A stretch of DNA of 64,000 bases. Origin: Catajapyx aquilonaris (taxonomy: Eukaryota). The notes under the pieces are model-generated. The model was given only the letters and a program-made list of their open reading frames with translations. It ran no database searches and was not told the origin of the DNA. Of the stretch, positions 37,256-51,641 are shown in pieces; the stretch's first letter is position 1, and the number at the start of each line of letters is the position of its first letter. The position numbers were made by a program, and so were the translations under genes. Where the stretch lies: contig KZ538100.1 in assembly GCA_000934665.2 (NCBI GenBank), positions 124,001 through 188,000 of the forward strand, read 5' to 3'.

Positions 37256-40200
37256 GGGGGGCTGCAGGGGGTGTGTGCTTTAGGGAGGAGAAGAGGAAGA
37301 AAAAAAAAGTGCACGGCCAAATTACAAAATGTAAAATGAACTCCATGCACCAGATAGACCCCTTGCGTTAATATCAAGTAATAAAGTCGAGCTTTTTTAA
37401 TCACCCCCCCGCCGTCGCCATGGATACCCCGAGCCTTTTTCTCCGGGATGAGAAGGCGAGCAAGTGCCGTCTAACAAGAGAGAACTGGCCGTGATATTAA
37501 TAAAAATAGGGACAAACGACATTTTTAAGACGCTTCCAACACCCCCCTCTCTCGACGTCTCATAGCAAGAGAGAGATCCCCCCCCCCCTCTCTCCCAGCC
37601 TGCACAGGCGGGCACTAATTATGGCCTCCGGTGTGACGTTACCCGGGGCACAAGTGACACCCAGCTTTAATATACAGCGACATAATCATGGCCTGGAGGA
37701 GGAGGAGGAGGAGGGAAAGGCGTCGTCCAAAAACCCCCCCACCCCTCCCATGGACGGGCAAAAGTTCCATAAAAATGCTCTAACTCGGTGGCGTCTCGAG
37801 CGTCGGAATTAGAAAGGGGGATCATCAAGATGTAGTTTGGCCAATCCGGGAGCGTCGGGACGCCCCATTCCTTGCCGTCTTTTTCTTCCTTTTTTTTATA
37901 TATATTATTAGGGAGCAAAGCCTGATACGTGCTTCTCTCGCTCTTTTAGCCCATCAAGCTGCACCAATCAAAGAGATTGGAGGGAGCCGTCAAATAATGG
38001 CGTGCGAGAGATGGATATATTCCATTGGAAACAATGGGTCGGAAGACACGCATATCATGGTTGAAAAATGTAGTGTTGCACATTAATAGAGGCATACTGC
38101 CAGCGACATTTTCCGAAGCGGCAGAAGAAGGAATCTTGCAGTATCCTTTTTCTGCCGCTTCGGACAATGTCGCTAGCAGTATATGCCTCGATTAATGTCC
38201 AACACTGTACTCTAGGAGCCCATTCACACATAATATGCACGTTTGAACTGGTGTAAATGTTTAGCATTATTGACATTTTACTGGATTTTTTAAAGTCATA
38301 AGTTTGAACTTGTATGTGACGCGTAATGAGTAAGCGGTGGGGTAAAAATGTTCGCTTCTCTGACTTGACTGCTCCATTTTTGGCTCGGGTTTGTTGACAT
38401 GTCTCCGCAAGTCGGGTCGAGCTTCCGGATTGTTGAGTGTCATAAGATCAGTGTTGACCATGGAAACCATCCTCTTGTTTGTCCCCACGAAATCTTCGGA
38501 TAAGAGGCCGCAGAGTGTGGGTATGGGAGGAGTGCTGGGGGCCAGGCGCAGCAATGTAGCTACAAAAGTTTGGTCGTCTGAATCTTGGAAGAGCACTCTT
38601 ATAAAGGAAAAAAAGGGGGCATTGAGAGAGAGAGACCCTTTTTTTCTTTGGGAAGAGAGAGAGAGAAAGAAAGTTGTGTGTCTCTGGTTCTCATCTTTTC
38701 TCAACAGGGCTATATAGTATCACCCGCCGCCTCCTCCAATTCTATCCATAATCTCCGGGGCTCATTCTTGGGAAGGCCCAGGGGCTACCAGTGCTGAGGA
38801 ATAAGGGAGGTGGGAAGGGGTGGGTGGGGGGTGGGCTTGATATTGATTTATCTGCCCGTTTGCAAAAGTCCCGCCGAACTCTTCATTTTATCTCTTTTAG
38901 ACCGGCCCTAAAAGGCTAGATCTCTTATTGGACGCTATGAAATAATATCAGAGCCAGTCGCAGCACACCGAGTTTTTCCAGTGGGGGTGCTCCCGCGAGC
39001 CAGCCGTATAATATAAAAGATAATATTTTTCCATAACAGCCGTCGTGGGGGTAAAAGGAGGGAGTGGTGGAGGGGGGCTTGAAATGGGTGGGAAGCCCGA
39101 AACGGCGGCTACAGAAGTTTCATCATCAAATTGATCAGGAAAATTAATACAAATGATTTGCCATGAACAACGATATGTCAGCCACTGCTCATAACTCTGG
39201 CGGAGGAGAGCGATTTATAACCCCGATATACTCCATTTGAGGGACCCAGAGAGGGAGGGTTCCAATAGTTCCCCCCCCCCCCCCCCCCCCNNNTTCCCCC
39301 CCCCCCCCCCCCATCCCCAACCCACCCACACCAATTTTTTTTTTGTTCAGAGTTTCTAGATGGGAAGGAGGGGGGGAAAAGACAAGATATCGGCGCCTTG
39401 GCAACGTGCGAAAGGATGTCCCCCCCTTTCTATTCGAGGTAAGAGGGATGTTAGGCACAGAGAGAGGGTCTCATATAGAGGGCAATCGCATTTACTTGTA
39501 CACTCGAGGCTGCAAATAATAATAAAAATTGGAGACGCTGTGATTGGTCGTGGTTTTTTTTTCTGGGAAGGAGCCGTCTCCTGCAGCAGGCAAATTATGA
39601 ACAAGGGTGTAGATCAGTTATCTTGCCACTGATATTGTTTCATGTGCTCATGTATAATGGATCAGGGGGCGGCGGCGAGGCTTTGCTGGATGCTGCTGCT
39701 GCTGCTTTGGGGACGACGCTCGCGACGCTCTATATATTGCCCACGACCTACGTACAGGGCAGGCCACTCAACAGGGATTCTTCTCATTTTTGGTGGTGGA
39801 GGAGAAGCGATTCCAAATGTTGTATTTGGGTGGGTGCACTTACATTCAAAGAGCAAGAGGAAGAAAGGCAGCGGCTCGGAATGACACGATAAAACTTGAG
39901 GGCCTCTTGTATATTGGTAACCCTGCTTGGTTGCGCGATATAAATCTGCCAATTTATTCCTGCCTGCATTCATTATGATTAGCTTGTTTGCATCATGATG
40001 GCAAAAAAGGGTGCCAAAGTGCTGCCAATGCTATATCATTAAGCAAGGGGATTGCAATTATATCATTATTTTGTACCCCACATATAAAAAGGATACTAAT
40101 GTACATTTCCGACATGATGCACATCATTTAAAGGCATTTTTATTCGAGTCACGATGCAAAAAAAAAATCACCAGCGCCTGGTTTCTCCTGTAGGCCGTTT

Positions 40201-40948
40201 TGGCAAGCCGTCAAGATCTGACGGAAGTTCAGTGCCTTTTCAGCTTCAGATCGCATTATTTCTCAGAAGAGGCGTCGTGCATTAGTCAGACATCAGGAAA
40301 AAATAATGAAATATGAACAATCCGAAGTATTTCTCCTTCTAATACAACTACTGCAGCGCCACCCACGTGTTCATATAACAGCGGGGAACTTCTAGAATAA
40401 ACTGCATCATGTAGCCCCTTACAGTAGTTCTGTACTGTACCATAATATAGTCATATCAATTTACATTATTAATTTATGCTCATTACATGACAATGGAATA
40501 ATCCAGGTTGTACTGTACGTAAGGGGTTCATTAGTCATGGAGAAGAGTATGCAATGATAACACTGCAACAACCAATGAGTTCAACCCCACCATGAATATT
40601 AATATTGAGCATGATATGGCCCAGTATAATATTATTCTCTTTATTTTTCTTTTTTTATATACCAAAAGTAAGCTTCTACACATTATTATGGTGGTAACTA
40701 TATTGTCTGTCTCAGGAATATTTTAACGCATAAGAGGTCAATATAAGTCGGAAAAAGTCATACTGATTTAAATGATATTAGCACTCGTTATTGCTAGTTG
40801 CTATACACTATGAAATATAGGGTCCTGTTTTATTATATTCGGTTTGCATACTGGAGCAGAAGCAACTGAGTGCGGGAAATGAGTGCGGGAAAAAAGGAAT
40901 CCTTGAAAAAAGGATCATATCTGACAAGAAGGCTTAAAATATCAGTTA

Positions 40949-41075
40949 GGGCCGGTTTCACCGAGCTCGGTATATGATAAAACCAGGTTTCTTTTAGGAA
41001 AACCCATACAAATATATAGGGATTTTCCGAAAGAACCCTGGTTTTATCATATACCGAGCTCGGTGAAACCGGCCC
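40949..41075. mobile_element. 127-bp palindromic PIF/Harbinger-type (Tourist-like) MITE
   Basis: TTA|GGGCCGGTTTCACCGAGCTCGGTATATGATAAAACCAGG ... CCTGGTTTTATCATATACCGAGCTCGGTGAAACCGGCCC|TTA: 39-bp perfect TIR, further imperfect pairing inward, and a TTA duplication. Confidence 0.92.
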
Positions 41076-41995
41076 TTAGTGAGAAAGATTGGACCGCATC
41101 AATATAGGCTCTATTGCTCGTTGACATTTGAAAGCGTTGCAGAGATATCGGGAAACATGGGCATGTATAATTCCAGCAATTATTTTCTCCGTTTATTAAA
41201 GAAATAGGAGCACAAAAGTTGGTGGCATAATTGCGCCTCTCTTCATGATGTCAGCTGAAATCGTGACTTCTGAATTTCGTTTGGTATGGCTCCCCTGCTG
41301 TGTAAAGGGGGGAGAAATCCGAAATCTTTATGTTTACACCAGTCGCGAAATTTCTGCGACTTTACATTGAGTAATTAATATTGGGCAGGCAATATCATAC
41401 AGCAATGCTTTCAAATGGTTCGTATGTGGCCCGATTGTATCCACTCTAATTCTGATAAAAATCTATAACATAATCGACTTAATCGTATTATAACCACCTA
41501 TATATGCACATAATCGGAAATGTCTCCGTACTTTTTGCGTGTTGACAACCAGCCAAAAGTGCGGATAGTGTATATGCATGCCCCCCCCCCCCCTTCCCGT
41601 TGTCTCCTCTCTATAGTCCCAAATTATGCCATGGAAGCGAGTGGATGACAAGATATAAGGAAGGAAAACATTGCCATGGGCTCAGTTCAGGGCTCCTCTT
41701 TCCCCCCTCCTCTCGACTTTCGCCATCCTCCCTCACCCATCCCCCCACCACCACCCATCCCTCCCCCGCCCGCGACCCTCTGTCGCAAAATATACAAATG
41801 TGGCGGAAAATCTCGGAGGATGGCATGTTTGCCTCCCGCCTGGTTGGGTGAGCGTAAAAGCGTAAAATTTTATGATATTATGAAAGCTAGGGATGCCTGT
41901 CTTATCGGGGAGAATAAAACAAATGGGCACTTTTCCTTATGAAAATGATGCCGACTGCTCCATGCATCAAAACCAGACCCAGCAGCAGCAGCAGC

Positions 41996-41998
<3 letters not shown>

Positions 41999-42050
<52 letters not shown>
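41999..42050. repeat. (AG)n microsatellite, about 26 units
   Basis: Read directly; longest perfect dinucleotide run in the window. Confidence 0.95.
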
Positions 42051-42054
<4 letters not shown>

Positions 42055-43480
42055 TGCTGCAGCGATGGAGCAAAGGATGCTGTGTGATGTGGACCAAGGA
42101 TGAATTGAGAGCATCATATCTCATATATAGCCTACACTGTGTACAGGTATGTATATGTACTGTACCTGTGTACAGTAGTACACATATACACTCAACATGT
42201 GAAGATTCTTTCATACGCGGACTCCTCGGGGAGGGAAAAATACAAAAAGGGGGAAAGGTATATATGGAGAGATTGGGAATGGGGGACAGGTTGAGGAGGG
42301 AGTGCAGATGCGGTGCATGGAAATGGGCTTCGTCTTTTCTCGGATCGAGTTATTGCTTTTGGGAAAGGCAAGGAAGAAAAAAAAAGAATAGAAAAAAAAG
42401 TGGAGGATGCGTGTCGGAAATCGTTCAGGGTTGGAGATGCAGAAAAAGGCCTGAAAGGATACCACTTCCTTTTGGGGGGTGGACGGGTTTCAGATCTTTG
42501 TGTACATGTGTGGCGCACTTATGGCCAATATCTGCAGGATCAGGCCAATTTACGAGCACCATGTAAAAAATACCTATATATACGTTTCCAAAATAACTGC
42601 TTAAAAATAAGCAGCTTTTGAATGAAAAACACTCGTCGATAAAATAAGGAGTGTCGTTTTAGCCTTATAAATCTGGATGTGTCATTGCACTTGCATTATA
42701 GAAGTAATGGCGTGTGCAGAGCGTAACAAAGAGTGGTCATCCGGATGACAAGCCATAGGTCACGGTCGCATTGGCACCATGAACTGTTGCAAACTCTTGC
42801 TAATAAGCCCGCTTGGGTCGAGTGAATCACAGATGGCGAGCTATAACTTCCTTCCATATTCTCTCCCTTCCCTTCCCCTCCCTTCCCTCCCTCCCGATCC
42901 TCATCCATCAGCCTAATATCATTAGTTGAACGAAGTACAACAACTCCACACTAATATGTTTTAATTAAGTATTCCCGGCGAACGGAGGTCGTTTTCCTCG
43001 GAATGCCCTGATGGCCACTTATTACATTAACCCGAAAGTGCCCGTCGGTGCTGGGGGGTTCCAAAAGGGAGGTGGGGGGGGGGGGACTGTTAGTCGTGGT
43101 CTACACCGATCCTCTATATATGATGGAAAGAAAGAGGTGGAATGGGGGTTGTTCCTCTCTCTCTCTCCAAACCATCAATCCTTTTCGACTTTTGTGAGTC
43201 AAAGTGAAAAGATTGTCTCATGCTGTTCAATTTCAAGTCAGCTCAGGTTGGCTCGGCTGGGTTTCGACCAATCTCATCATTCCCCCCTTCCTGTAACTAT
43301 AGTCGCCATATCGTAAGGGGTGGGGGCAATAATCCAAATGGATGTGAGTCGCCCAACTATACCAGATCACCCCCAGCAATATTAATCAAAATATCAAAAG
43401 TCACGGTGATAATATACGAAACACCAGCTTAATCTGCTCGTGTTCAAATTTCAACGTTCAAGATGTGGGGTTCAAGATGT

Positions 43481-43812
43481 GGGGGTCCTATAGCCATGGT
43501 CTGGGATTTGGGAAATTTGTACACAAATAGCTCAACCGACTCTTTCCGCACCACTTTTCAGCACCAAAATGTCATTCCTGTGTTTAAAAGTCAAATTGGC
43601 GGGGGAAAAGGGGGAGTGGCCTAAAAGTGCATTCCCACTCCTGCCTAACCACAGTGACGTCAGAGAGCAATACGATACCGTATAATTATTACGATCTTAG
43701 ATCTATCATAGCTAAAATAATATACGTATTTCTTCAAGCAAAAAACACCCAAATTAATTTAAAAATAAGGACGACTTTTGGGTTTGCAAAATGTATATAG
43801 GGTAGGACCCCC
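43481..43812 (+). mobile_element. Short-TIR MITE family B, copy 2 (shorter, internally deleted)
   Basis: TIR pair GGGGGTCCTA...TAGGACCCCC|AT; homologous to 3298-3789. Confidence 0.78.
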
Positions 43813-45921
43813 ATTATATAGGCAAGAAGGTGTTATTTATTTTTTAAACAAAGGCTACTTTCCTGCAACATTCCAACGCCTGATTTCCGCGTGTGAATAA
43901 ACGACACTGCTTCCTGAAACTGAATCACGCCGTGCTTTAAGTGCATGTTCCTAATTACGCCGTACCAACCGGTATCTGCGCGAATGAGTTAACATGGTAG
44001 TACATTTCCCCCGCTGGAGTCTCCTAATTTTCAGTTTTTGTCCGCATAATTTTTAATTGCTAGCACGGCCAAATAATGTCGATGTTATCTAAAATAAATT
44101 TAATAGCGTCTGACATATACTATATCTCCATATCAACTGCGACGGGGAGTACTTTTACAACAATCTGCGCGCTTTTTTTAAGAATATTTTTTTGGGGGGA
44201 AACCGCAGTGTTGAAAGGATTGAGGAAAGTGGGTCTGTAGCGGCAAAAGATGCCGAAGATTAAAGGCGGAGAACTTAGTAACCTATAGCTTTTAAAAGAG
44301 GCAATTCATCAAAGGCGCAGGAGAAGAAAAGAAGGAAGGAAGGAGGTGGGGGTGGGAGGGGGGAGGGGAAAGAAGAGAAAAATACCGGCCTCACTGGTGA
44401 AGGAAATTAAAAGCCCCTAAAGTCACGGCGTGTAACACCGGTTCTTCCGGCGTTTATTTGCGGCAATAAAAATCCCTTCTCAAGCCCTGCCAACCCTCCA
44501 AAAACCTCCCCCGTTAGACTCAATGAAGTATTCATGCTCTGCCTTGCCCTTCTCCTCCCCAAATAATAAAAAAAAGAATCCTCGTATCTTCTTTTTCAGC
44601 GCCAGGCCACGAATTTGAGTCTTGGCAATTGGATGTCAATTACTCTTCGTGATGTAATTTCCCAGACGCAAAACGCCTTGTGTTTTTCCTCGAGCCATCA
44701 TCATATAGACAAAAATGCAAATTGGTTTACAAGAAAGAAAACAGGTGTGCTGCTGCTGCGTATATGCGCGTCGTGTGTTATTTTCCTCGAGATGGTTTTA
44801 TGACGTTGATGTGCATGCACTCCGGGTATAATTGAGTAATGAAAACCGCGTATATAAAAGGGAAGTCATTAGGTTACCTTCTCATATCACACCGGGCTGC
44901 CAGCGACGTGCGTCTTTTTGTCGGTGTGTACTGCAATTAGACCCAACGTGAGATTCGCTCAATTCACAAACCATTTAAACTACTAAATAGCTGGCCGGTT
45001 TATTTCAAATTGCCAAATTCCTTTTCATTGCCGCGGGCTTTTGAAGCAATTGCGACACGCGTCATTTGCCAATAAGCTTTTGATTCGATCGTTAACTTTT
45101 GGTCGGCACTGGCTGACTCTCACACAGATTGATGCTTATCGGTCCGAATCGGTGGGAATCGGACTCTGCTGTGCCCGCACACCCTCCATCCAAACTAACC
45201 CCTCCCTCTGACCTTTGTCACCATTCCCTGCTGGCTGCTGCTGATGGCGAAGGGTTGTATTGTCGGATGAGGCTCCTTTTTTCCACTCTTTCCGATCCAT
45301 CAAACACCCGTCGGAAGTACTGATTTCATTATTTTATTAGTACTAGCCCCGCTGCTGCCGCCCGTTTTGTCATCGTTTGTCGCGCAGCAAAGTGATCGGG
45401 GCTGGCCAGCAGGAGGTCATCGCTTGTAATGAACAATCACTTGTCCCTTTAGAAACGACGACGTTGCCAGATTGTGAGACTTGAAATGATGCATAAAGTG
45501 CGGGGGGGGGGGGGTTNTGGTAGGTATGGAAATGATTGGGTAATCCGTGTGGTTGTGGGCCGAATAATATGCGTCGGGGATGAAAGGAAAGGCGTCTCCC
45601 TCGAAAAGCATGCTGCGATGAATCTCCTTTCCATCAATCATGTCTGCGGACAGGCTGCTGCTGGCCCCAAAAGACAGACCGACACCAGGTCACACCCTAT
45701 AGCTCCCCGATGCCTTCAAACGCTTTGCCCCCCTGATGGTGGACAAACTAACCGATCCATCAGTCCCTGCTGATGGCCATCTATACACATGCATACACCA
45801 CGCTGCTGATTCTATTCAATGAACACCACCAACCGCTCACCTAAATCTGAAAGAGTGCGAATCTCTACTGATAGACTATAATATCTTTTTTAAAAACTGA
45901 TCCAAGGTAAATAGGATCACC

Positions 45922-46142
45922 CTGTACTATAACACGCAAAAGGATTGCCGCACTGTATCCGTGGAGTGTCAGCGACTTTTTGTTTACTCTCCTTCCGCAA
46001 GGGTTGTTGCCTGGTGATTGGGCGTATAGAATCACCCCAAACACCGTCATCCGGCAACGACCCTTGCGGCAGGATGGTAAACAAAAAGTCGCGGACACCC
46101 CACGGATAGAGAGCGACAATCTTTTTGCGGGTTATAGTACAG
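45922..46142. mobile_element. 221-bp foldback element
   Basis: Ungapped 96-bp inverted arms (45922-46017 and 46047-46142), 13 mismatches by manual count, 29-nt spacer. Possible TA flanks at 45925-45926 and 46138-46139. Confidence 0.85.
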
Positions 46143-49100
46143 ATCAGGCGCACCTTTTTCCCTCATCCTGTACAACTGGTTAGATCAAGACCCATACAAC
46201 GCCCCAGTTAATTCCTGGCACTTTGACAATAATATCTGGGCCCCCATAAAAATACGACCCCCCCCCCATCAGGCGATGATGCTCTATTTAGTTTCCTGAA
46301 CAGGAGGGAAAAAGCATGGTCCATGAGAAGTGGGGGAAGGAGAATTGATGGCCATCCGGAGTGCTAGCCGGAACCGCCCCTTATAACCACTTGTTTTGAA
46401 AGTGACCCTAAAACTAGCCCTGCGTAATACTCCACCCAGCACTATGAATTTAGAGGGTGGGTGGGATATATATACCAACCCACCATCATTTTGTTGAACA
46501 CCTCAACGCAGCAAAGCGCGGATCATATGCGGATCTGGCCAATCAGAGGCCTGAAAAGCAGCGCGCAACTGCAAAAAGGGGCCCCACCCGGCCTGCAATT
46601 ATTCTCCAGTTTTTAACGTTTAATTAAATCATAGACACAAGCTAATGACCAATATTACATGAGTAATAAGCACGTAGTATTTTAATGGCATTTAAATCTA
46701 TAGACTGCCAAAGTTCTAATGGCGTTTTGATAAGGGACAACAGCGGAATTTAATTGCGCGAGTTTGGACGGTGCCACACTGGATTTCAGATTTACAGTGG
46801 GCGCAATATGGTAATTCCAAGCATCCAGGGCTTTAATGTCCATACGTTATTTAGTAAGACAATATCGGGATTGCGCTTATGTGCCGCGGTGCTTTTGCAG
46901 CACATCAGGGAAAATAATAAGTTGGATGCTGCTATACGCGGCCCCAGCACACACACACATACTGTACATATATACACCGCCACCAGCTGCAGCATCATCC
47001 GTGTGTGTGTGTGTGAATCGCATTTTTTCCAAGCGACTTTTAAACGCTCCCGGCCCAATTAATTTGCATTTATACCAAGGTACTAATGCCCATTGCTCAT
47101 CTGCCAAATGACCCTGCCGAAATGGAGGGTGCGGGGTTATAAGGGTAGGGAGCCTCCCAAAAAATAAATAGCATTTTAACTATAAAGTGCCCCCGCGAAA
47201 TGAATCGTCCTCCCTGTTAATTTCTTGCGACATTAAAGCGCCGCAATTTAAGTCTGCTGGCCTGGAAAACGCAGCAAGTCCAGTAATTGCCATTTAAAAG
47301 TTGAACTATACACCAACCGTGTCAACAATGTACAAAGCAGCAGGTCCAGGCCATACCTGCCTGAAATTATGCAAATCGATTAACATTTTGCAGTTGAAAA
47401 TTGCCCAATGCTGATTATTATTAGATGAATGCCAGCAGATTCGTCTCTTTATATACATGGATCTCCAAACATATAGGTCCATATAGAGAGACGAATCTGC
47501 TGACTTTTTAGGGACAAAAAAAGACACGCCATCATGTTCTGCTGTGCATGGTGTGGCCATCAACAGATGACGTCATCGTAACTCAACTAACAAAAGGAGA
47601 ATAACAACCCTGTTGACTTATTCCATAGATGAAGGATGGAGCCCGCAGCATCCGGGAGCCACTATTGGCCGCCGAGCAAGATAAATTGGATTATAAGTTA
47701 ATGTCGCAATTTGCGCTCTCTCTGCATATCAAAGACGGCCCTCCCCCATCCCTCCTGGCCCCTCTCAGCCCCCCCAGCATCAGCACCCATTCTAATATTC
47801 GCCAAGTGGATTTCTGCGAGGGATGGGGTGAACATTGCCTTGTCGGGGTAGGCCTGGAGCAGTCATGCTGACATTTCGCCGGCCAATAGCAGAAAGGGGA
47901 AAACCCTTCTCCATCCACTCTTCATAAACCAGTCGCAGCGATGGCGACACAAACAACATAAACGCTCATAATCGTCCGTTTGGAAATGTAATTAACGCCG
48001 CCTGCCGTCCGTATAGCGGAATTAGGACCGGGACTCCAATTAGGTCTAATGCACACGCCTCCGGGGGCTTTTCCGAGATGCGCTTCCTGAGGTTTCCTCG
48101 CAAAAAAAAAATTATTGAATAACTATTACACATCTCGCAAGATGAGCTCTCATCACGCCTCCTTTAAATCAATCGCTTTTAAAAAAATCGTTCTCATTTC
48201 ATACTGATGCAATTATCGTTCCTTCCAGGTGGTCAAATGGCGCTTATGATAACAGAGTGAGCTACAAAATTCGGTCAATCTTTCAATTCGATATGTAACA
48301 TTTTGTCTCAACATTGCTTGGTGATCAGGTGTCTACAATTAATATAGAGAGCGAGAATCCCTTCAAGAGTCACTTAAAAACCCGATTCTGATAGGTGGTC
48401 GTGGTGTTTTGCAAGCATCCTGATGGTGCTTCTGAAGAGAGAGAGTGACATCATTGGAGAGCCTATTCAGACGTGTACCGCTGGGCAGTTAGGCGGAGGA
48501 CAATGAGGGGAGGTTGAGCACAGTAGCTCATTTATTTACACGCCCAAGTCTTGCACAGTTTTGGTATGCTTTGTGGCCAGTGACAGGTGAATGTGCGAGT
48601 TCTGAGAAGGCATTCCAACCCTGCTGCTGCTGGTGCTTCTGTGTATAAACCAAACCCCTTTGGCTGCTGCTGTTGCATGTTTTTAGTTTCACGACGACGG
48701 CATTCCTTATTCACCATCACGCCTTCATTCTTTTTTTTTGTCGGTCGTTTCAGAATACGTCTTCACAACCACTTGTATCCCCATGTTGACATTATTGTCA
48801 CTCCCACTGTGATTTATCTCTTATGAGCGATAAATTGGTCTTGATGGCCTTTGCCGTGGGAAAATTACAGGTGTATAGAAGCGATGCTGGTCACGCATCG
48901 TGTGGCATGAGGTGAAAAAAATGCACTTGTATAGTATCTAGGAACATTCCCTCTTGTAATATTTGACACCTGATAAATTTTGCACATCCCACATGCAGCA
49001 GCCCAGTGAATCAGAAAAGGTCGAAATTAGCAGCATAACCATTGCTTAATATGCGTAACCAAATGTCGTGACAACCTCTAAATAAATTGCACACTTGACA

Positions 49101-51615
49101 GGGCAAAGATAATTACGCGGGTAAATGACTAATCAAGAATGAAGATGCTCTTTATATTCGTATAGCTTTTGGTGGTGGGTAACCTTTTTTCCTCCCGTAA
49201 TTGGCCTGATGACATAACGTTGATTACATAGACACCACATTACGTGGTATTCTGGTATTCGGGGCAAGCGTTTATGTCAGTATTTTGACGAACCCTCTTA
49301 ATACCTGAAAGCCACTTAAATTTTTTTTCCACCCGACAGCAGTTTAGCCAGATCTCACGAGAGGACTTATATAGTATGATAGTGCTGTCTCATCTACCTG
49401 TCACGAAAGTTGGTTAACAAAACACGTATCGTCATTTAAAATAACATCGCTTATCGCTTGATGGTCTGAGGACGACTCATCAAAAACAACCAGCACATAT
49501 TCGCCCGAGTATAGAAAGCTTCCTCTGTCAATCTGCAACCACGCTTTTGCACGTCATATATACACACCTGTTTATAAAATTCTGCCAAGTCGCAGCATGT
49601 GGGCGTTCGCATGATCATTTCGCAGTTAGCGAAAGTGGCAATTTGTTGACACGATTCACGTCGTGAATGTGACTGGAAAACGTGTTTGATGGGGTTTCTG
49701 GCTGGGCTGGCATGACGCTGCATAATCCTTGTATCGCCGGATTGTTAACTGCCGTGCAGGTGTATAGAAATTTAGAGTATAACCGTCCGAGTATAATCTC
49801 CCAAAGCTTCGTACTTGAATCGTCCTCTCCCACGACGAAGGCGTCCACCAAAGATAAACAACCACATCCCCCGGAGCCATGTTATGAAAAGCGAGGTATA
49901 GTGCTCCATGCATCTATAGCATGATGTGGCCCTTGGGGGTAAAACCACCAAGGAAGAAGCGGCGGCCACTATCCGGAGATTAATCCCTCAGTCAGCTTCC
50001 CAAACACTATTTTGCTTCTGTCACAAGGGACAAATGGCTCCATTCTTGGCCTCCCCACGAAGATGGCCCCCCCTTTTGGTCCATCCAGGAGCCTGTCTGT
50101 CAGCTCCCCTTTACCCCCCGAAAGAGAGAGGGCACTTCCTTCCGTCCTTAACAAAATGATTGTAATTCCTTCGCCGCGCAAATGTCTGGCAAGACCATCT
50201 GAAAGTCATCGGCTTTGTTTTCTTCTCACGCCATCTTTGCCCCTGCTGCTGCTTCCATCCGCTTGTTGTTTTTTTGATGGGCTCTTCTCCAGTCATTCGA
50301 GCGTTCGAGTCATCTTCTGGGCTGCGATGGCGATGAGGTCAGCTGGCACTGTTTTTAAGAGGATGATGGGATGGAAGGTGGTGGGCAGGGGAAATATAGT
50401 ATATAACCCCCCCCCCCCCTTGGAAAACACCTCAACATGAACATAAGAGTCTTGATTGGCGAGGGGTGAAAAAGGCCGAGCACATTCCATGATGGCTCAG
50501 GTGTGAATTGGGTGTTGTAAAAGAGTATGAAGGCTTTTTTTTCTTCTTCTTCGAAGCTACCCAGCCGCCACCTTTTTTTTTTTCGACGCCATTATTTTTA
50601 GCGCCTCATTATTCACACAACATCAACATGGCCGTAACAATAGGATGAGTCAACCAATTCACAAGCACATGCGAATGAGATGAGCCGTCAAGTTGTAAAG
50701 GATATATTTACAGGATGGTGCGCTTCCAACTCTTCCAGTTCCAGGGGATTGCTCACTTGCCATTAGATTGATTTCAAGTAAGATATAAGCAATCACTTTT
50801 TTTTCATGTTGTGGCATGCACAGTGCGCGTTGAAGCTGCAACAATTGCGTGCTAAGCCTCGTCGCAGCAGATGCCTAATCCGCTTGGAAGGTCGACTTTT
50901 TGACACCGAACCGCCATTAGGGTTAAACACCCTATTGACACACAGAAAAAAAACCCTGGCAGTACATTCCTTGGTGCCATTGAGCCAAAGGTATTCTTTA
51001 AACCCTCTCCTCTGTCTGCATGGGCCGCAATGTGCACATGATGAAACCCCGTCGAATAAAAGCCAGGAAGCTGCTGGTCCCCGGCTGCAAAATGCCGGAT
51101 TACCATTGGACTAATGACTTCCTTTTTCCTTCACCCTTATATTATATCCTTGGCTATTGGTCTCTCCGCTTCTCTATTCGGTTGGGGAGGCCTTTTACGC
51201 TGTATTAACAGGTTAGGCTCAGTTGCAGGTGTCCGGGCGGTCACTTTCCAATCCTGAGGATTACCTTGGGAAGAGTGGCCCCCTTTTTCTGAACGATGGG
51301 AGCGCCCCGTTCGGTTCAAGACCTTCCCTCGGGGGAATATATACCAGCCAAGGGGATGGTTTCCTTTTGTCACCTGGATGACTTTTTGGATGGGAGGAGG
51401 GGGGGGGGATCCTTTTTCAGTTCCCCCCCTCTTCTTGGTAGCCGCCGAGGGACATTAGGAAGGGCAGACAGCCTGTCGCCTTCCAAGGGCTCATAAACAG
51501 GGGTCTGGCTGGCTGGCCCTGCCCAGCTCGGGCATTTGGGGCATTTCCAGTCGCGGCCAGATTTACTGCCAGCATGAACTGTGGGCAATACCGCTTGCTG
51601 CTAACAACCCAGGGT

Positions 51616-51641
51616 CACACACACACACACACACACACACA
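51616..51641. repeat. (CA)n microsatellite
   Basis: Read directly. Confidence 0.9.
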
